From Setoptus koraiensis (lineage: Eukaryota > Animalia > Arthropoda), in contig CM106585.1 in the NCBI GenBank assembly GCA_048013815.1, forward strand, positions 15,686,001-15,750,000: a stretch of DNA of 64,000 bases. Direction: 5' to 3'. Position numbers and translations under genes: made by a program. Below are positions 59,901 through 64,000 of the stretch, piece after piece. Positions within the stretch are counted from its first letter, which is position 1; every line of letters begins with the position of its first letter. The notes under the pieces were generated by a model, which did no database searches, was not told the DNA's origin, and was given only the letters and a program-made list of their open reading frames with translations.

Positions 59901-62050
59901 TTGGGGGTTGGGTTTGGGGGGGGGTGGGTGGGGTGGGGGGGTTGGTGGGGGTGGGGTGGGGTGTGTGTGTGTGTTTGGGGTGTTGGGTGGGGTGGGGGGG
60001 GTGTGGGGTGGGGGGGTGTGTGGGGGGTGGGGGGGGGTGGGGTGGTGTGGGGTGGGGGGGGGGGGGGGTGGGGGGGTGGGGTTGGGTGGGTGGGGGGGGG
60101 GGGGGTGTGTGTGGGGGGGGGGTGGGGGGGGGTGGGGTGGGGGGGGTGTGTGTGGGGTGGTGGTGGGGTGGTGTGTGGGGTGTGGGGTGGGGTGTGGTGG
60201 GGTGGGGTGGGGGGGGGTGGGGTGGGGGGGGGGGGGGTGTGTGTGGGGTGTGGGGTGGGGTGTGGGGGGGGGGTGGGGTGGGTGGGGTGGGGGGGGGGTG
60301 TGGGGGGGGGTGGGGTGGGGTGGGGTGTGGGGGGGGGGGGGTGGGGTGGTGTGTGTGTGTGGGGGGGTGGGGTGTGTGGGGTGGGGTGGGTGGGGTGGGG
60401 TGGGGTGGGGTGGGGTGTGTGGGGTGGGGGTGGGGTGTGGGGTGTGGGGTGGGGTGGGGGGGGGGTGGGTGGGGTGGGGTGGTGGGGTGGGGTGTGTGTG
60501 TGGGGGGGGGGTGGGGTGGGGTGGGGTGGGGTGTGGGTGGTGGGGGTGGGGGGGGGGGGGGGTGGGGGGGTGGGGTGGGTGGGGGGGGGTGTGTGTGGGG
60601 TGGGGTGGGGTGGGGGGGGGGTGTGGGGTGGGGTGTGTGTGGGGTGTGTGGGGTGGGGGGGGGGGGGGGTGGGGTGGGGTGGTGGGGTGGGGTGGGGTGG
60701 GGTGTGGGGTGGGGTGGGGTGGGGGGGGGGTGGGGTGGGGTGGGGGGGGGGTGGTGTGGGGTGGGGGGGTGGGGGGGGGTGGGGTGTGTGTGTGGGGTGG
60801 GGGGGGGGTGTGGGGGGGGGGTGGGGTGGGGTGGGGTGGGGGGGGGGTGGTGGGGTGGGGTGGGGTGGGGTGGTGGGGTGGGGGGGGGTGGGGTGGGGGG
60901 GGTGTGGGGTGGTGTGTGTGTGGGGTGGGGTGGGGTGTGGGGTGTGGGGTGGGGGGGGGGTGTGGGGGGGGGGTGGGGGTGGGGTGGGGTGGGGTGGGGT
61001 GGGGGGGGGTGTGTGTGTGTGGGGTGGGGGGGGGGTGGGGTGGGGTGTGGGGTGGGGGGGGTGGGGGGGGGGTGGGGTGGGGGGGGGGTGGGGTGGGGTG
61101 TGGGGTGGGGTGGGTGTGTGTGGGGTGGGGTGGGGTGGGGTGGGGTGGGGTGGGGTGGGGTGGGGTGGGGTGTGGGGTGTGGGTGTGGGGTGGGGTGTGG
61201 GGTGGTGGGGTGGGGTGTGGGGTGGGGGGGGGGTGTGTGGGTGGGGGGGGTGGGTGTGGGGGGGGGGTGGGGTGTGGGGTGGGTTGGTGTGGGGGGGGGT
61301 GGGGTGGGGGGGGGGTGGGGTGGGGTGGGGTGGGGTGGGGTGGGGTGGGGGGGGTGGGGGGGGTGGGGTGGGGTGTGGGGTGGGGTGGGGTGGGGGGGGG
61401 GTGGGGTGGGTGGGGTGGGGTGGGTGGGGTGGGGTGGGGTGTGGGGGGGGGGTGGGGTGGGGGGGGGTGGGGGGGGGTGTGGGGGGGGTGTGGGTGGGGT
61501 GGGTGGGGTGGGGTGGGGTGGGGTGGGGTGTGTGTGGGGTGGGGTGGGGGGGGTGGGGTGGGGGGGTGGGGGGGGGGTTGTGTGGTGGTGGGGGGGGGGA
61601 TGGTGGGGTGTGTGGGGTGGGGGGGGGTGGGGTGGGGGGGGTGGTGGGGTGGTGGGGTGGGGGGGGGGGGTGGGGTTGGGGGGTGTGGTGGGGGGGGTGT
61701 GTGTGGGGGGGGGGTGGGGTGGGGTGGGGTGGGGTGGTGTGTGGGGTGGGTGGGGTGTGGGGTGGGGTGGGGTGGGGGGCGGTGGGGGGGGGGTGTGGGG
61801 GGGTTGGGGGGTGGGGGGTGGGGGGGGGTTGGGGGGTTGTGGGGGGTGGGGGGGTGGGGGGGTGGTGGTTGGGGGGGGGGTGGGTGGGGGGGGTGGGGGG
61901 TGGGGGTTGTGGGGTGGGGGGGTGGGAGGGGGTGGGGGGTGGGGTGGGGGGGGTGGGTGGGGTGGGGGGGGGGTGGGTTGGGGGTTGGGGGGTTGTGGGT
62001 GTGGGTGGGGGGGTGGGTGGGGTGGGTGGGTTTGGGTGGGTGGGTGGTGG
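53880..62050. other. G-dominated G/T low-complexity tract (G-runs, GGGGT, GT); probable sequencing/assembly artefact
   Basis: A and C are almost absent for 8 kb, no stable repeat unit, and the decay from normal sequence over about 53600-53880 is gradual. Confidence 0.85.
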
Positions 62051-64000
62051 TTTTGTGGTGTGTGTGTTTGGGGGTGTGGGGGGGTGGTTTGTGGGTTTTG
62101 TGTTTTTGTTGTTGTGTGGGGTTTTGTGTTTTTTTTGTGGTTTTTTTTTGTTTTTGTTTGTTTGTGTTTTTTTTGTTTTTTGTTTGTTTGTGTGTTTTTT
62201 TGTTTTTTGTGTTTTTTTTTGTTGTTTTTTTTTGTGTTTTGTTTTGTTTGTTTGTTTTTTTTTGTTTTGTGTTTTTTTTGTTTTTTTTGTTTTTCTTTGT
62301 GTTTTTTTGTTTTGTGTGTGTGTTTTGTTTTTTTGTTTTTTTGTTGTTTTGTTTGTTTTTTTTTGTTTTGTGTTTTTTTGTTTGTTTTTGTGTTGTTTGT
62401 TTTTTTTTGTTTTTTTTTGTTTTTTTGTTTTTTTTTTTTGTTTTTTTTTGTTTTTTTTTGTTTTTTTGTTTTTTTTTGTTGTTTTTTTTTTTTTTTTTTT
62501 TTGTTGTGTTTTTTTGTTTCTGCCGGGGGTCGTTCTTTTGTTTTTTTTTTTTTTGTTGTTTGTTTTTTTTTTTTTTGTTTTTTTGTTTTGTTTTTTTGTG
62601 TTTTTTGTTTTTTTTTGTTTTTTTTTTTGTTTTTTGGTTTGTTTTTTTTTGTTTTTTTTTGTTTGTTGTGTTGTTTTGTTTTTTTTGTTTTTTTGTTTTT
62701 TTTTGTTTTTTTTTGTTTTGTTTTTTTTGTGTTTTTGTTTTTTTTGTGTTTTTTTGTTTTTTTTTTTTTTTGTTTTGTTTTTTTTTGTTTTTTTTTGTTT
62801 TGTGTTTTTGTTTTGTGCTGTTTTTTTTTATTTTTTTTGTTTTTTTTTGTTTTTTTTTATTTTTTGTGTTTTTTTGTTTTTTTTTGTTTTTTTTTGTTTT
62901 TTTGTTTTGTTTTTTGTTTTTTTTTGTTTTTTTGTTTTTTTTTGTGTTTTGTTTTTTTTTGTTTTGTTTTTGTTTTTTTTTGTTTTCTTTTTTTTTTGTT
63001 TTTTTGTTTTGTTTTTTTTTTTTTTTTTTTTTTGTTTTGCTTTTTTTGTTTTTTGTTTTTGTTTTTTTGTTGTTTTTTTTGTTTGTTTTTTTGTTTTGTT
63101 TGTGTTTTGTTTTTTCTTTTTTTTTTTTTTTTTGGGTTTTGTTTTTTTTTGTTGTTTTTTTTTGTTTTTTTTTGTTTTGTTTTTTTTTTTTTTTTGGTGT
63201 TTTGTTTTTTTGTGTTTGTTTTGTTTTTTTTTTTTTTGTTTTTTTGTTTGTTTTTTGTTTTTTTTTTTTTTTTTGTTTTTTTTTGTTTTTTTTTTTTTTT
63301 TTGTTTTGTTTTTTTTTGTTTTTTGTTTTTTTTTTTGTTTTTTTTGTTTGTTTTTTTGTTGTTTTTTTTTGTTTTTTTTTGTGTTTTTTGTTTTTTTTTT
63401 TTTTTTTTTGTTTTTTTGTTTTTTTTGTGTGTGTTTGTTTTTTTTTTTTTTTTGTGTTTTTTTTTTTTTTGTTGTTTTTTTTGTGTTTTTTTTGTTTTTT
63501 TTTTTTTTTTGTGTGTATTTTTTTTTTGTTGTTTTTTGTTTTTTTTGTTTTTTTTTTTTGTTTTTTTTGTTTTGTTTTTTTTTGTTTTTTGTGTGTTTGT
63601 TTTGTTTTTTTTTTTTTGTTTTTTTTTGTTTTTTTTTGTTTTTTTTTGTTTTTTTTTTTTTTTTTGTGTGTGTGTTTTTTTGTGTTTTGTTTTTTTTTGG
63701 TGTTTTTTGTTTTTTTTGATGATGTTTGTTTTTTGTTTTGTGTTTGTTTTTTTTTTTATTTTTTTGTTTTTTGTTTTTTTGTTTTTTTTGTTTTTTTTTG
63801 TTGTTTTGTTTTTTTGTTTTTTTTGTTTTTTTTTTTTTGTGTTTTTTTTTGTTTTTTGTGTTTTTTTTGTTGTTTTTTTTTGTGTTTTTGTGTTTTTTTT
63901 TGTGTGTGTTTGTTTGTGTGTGTTTTTTTTTTTTTTTTGTTTTTTTGTGTTGTTTTTTTTTGTTTGTTTTTGTTTTGTTTTTTTTTGTTTTTTTTTTTTT
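62051..64000. other. T-dominated T/G low-complexity tract (T-runs, TTTTG, GT); probable artefact
   Basis: Switch from G-rich to T-rich near 62050; A and C remain almost absent. Confidence 0.85.

Noticed and set aside
53814-63719. Giant ORFs (3229, 1804, 1381 aa etc.) of Gly/Val/Trp/Cys then Phe/Val
   Set aside because: Stop codons need A, which is nearly absent here, so the ORFs are a trivial result of G/T-only sequence and are not glycine-rich proteins.

Overview
Eukaryotic genomic DNA, not prokaryotic. The gene set and compact introns suggest an arthropod, probably a small-genome mite (inference only). No CRISPR, rRNA, tRNA or intact transposon was recognised. 1-24 kb is GC/CpG-rich and full of short tandem repeats. 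It holds a 6-exon FN3 + ZP-N single-pass membrane protein gene (2803-16008, +), an intronless goosecoid (17369-18976, +) and a possible secreted orphan gene (21164-22086, +). 24-31 kb is a compact, AT-richer block of intronless genes: caprin (+), a GTSF1/Asterix-like zinc-finger gene (-) and Integrator subunit 4 (+). Then follow a crooked-like Ly6/uPAR gene (-), a disordered orphan ORF (-), a BRSK/SAD kinase (-), a second GTSF1-like copy (+) and a secreted Ser/Pro/Gln-rich protein gene (-). From about 53.6 kb to the end the sequence is almost only G and T. This is most likely a long-read basecalling or assembly artefact, and its giant ORFs are spurious. The best-supported novelty is the GTSF1-like pair: the 26.4-27.0 kb copy looks like a retrocopy of the 42.8 kb gene, inserted head-to-head with IntS4. 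I did not find a convincing wholly new multi-gene system.
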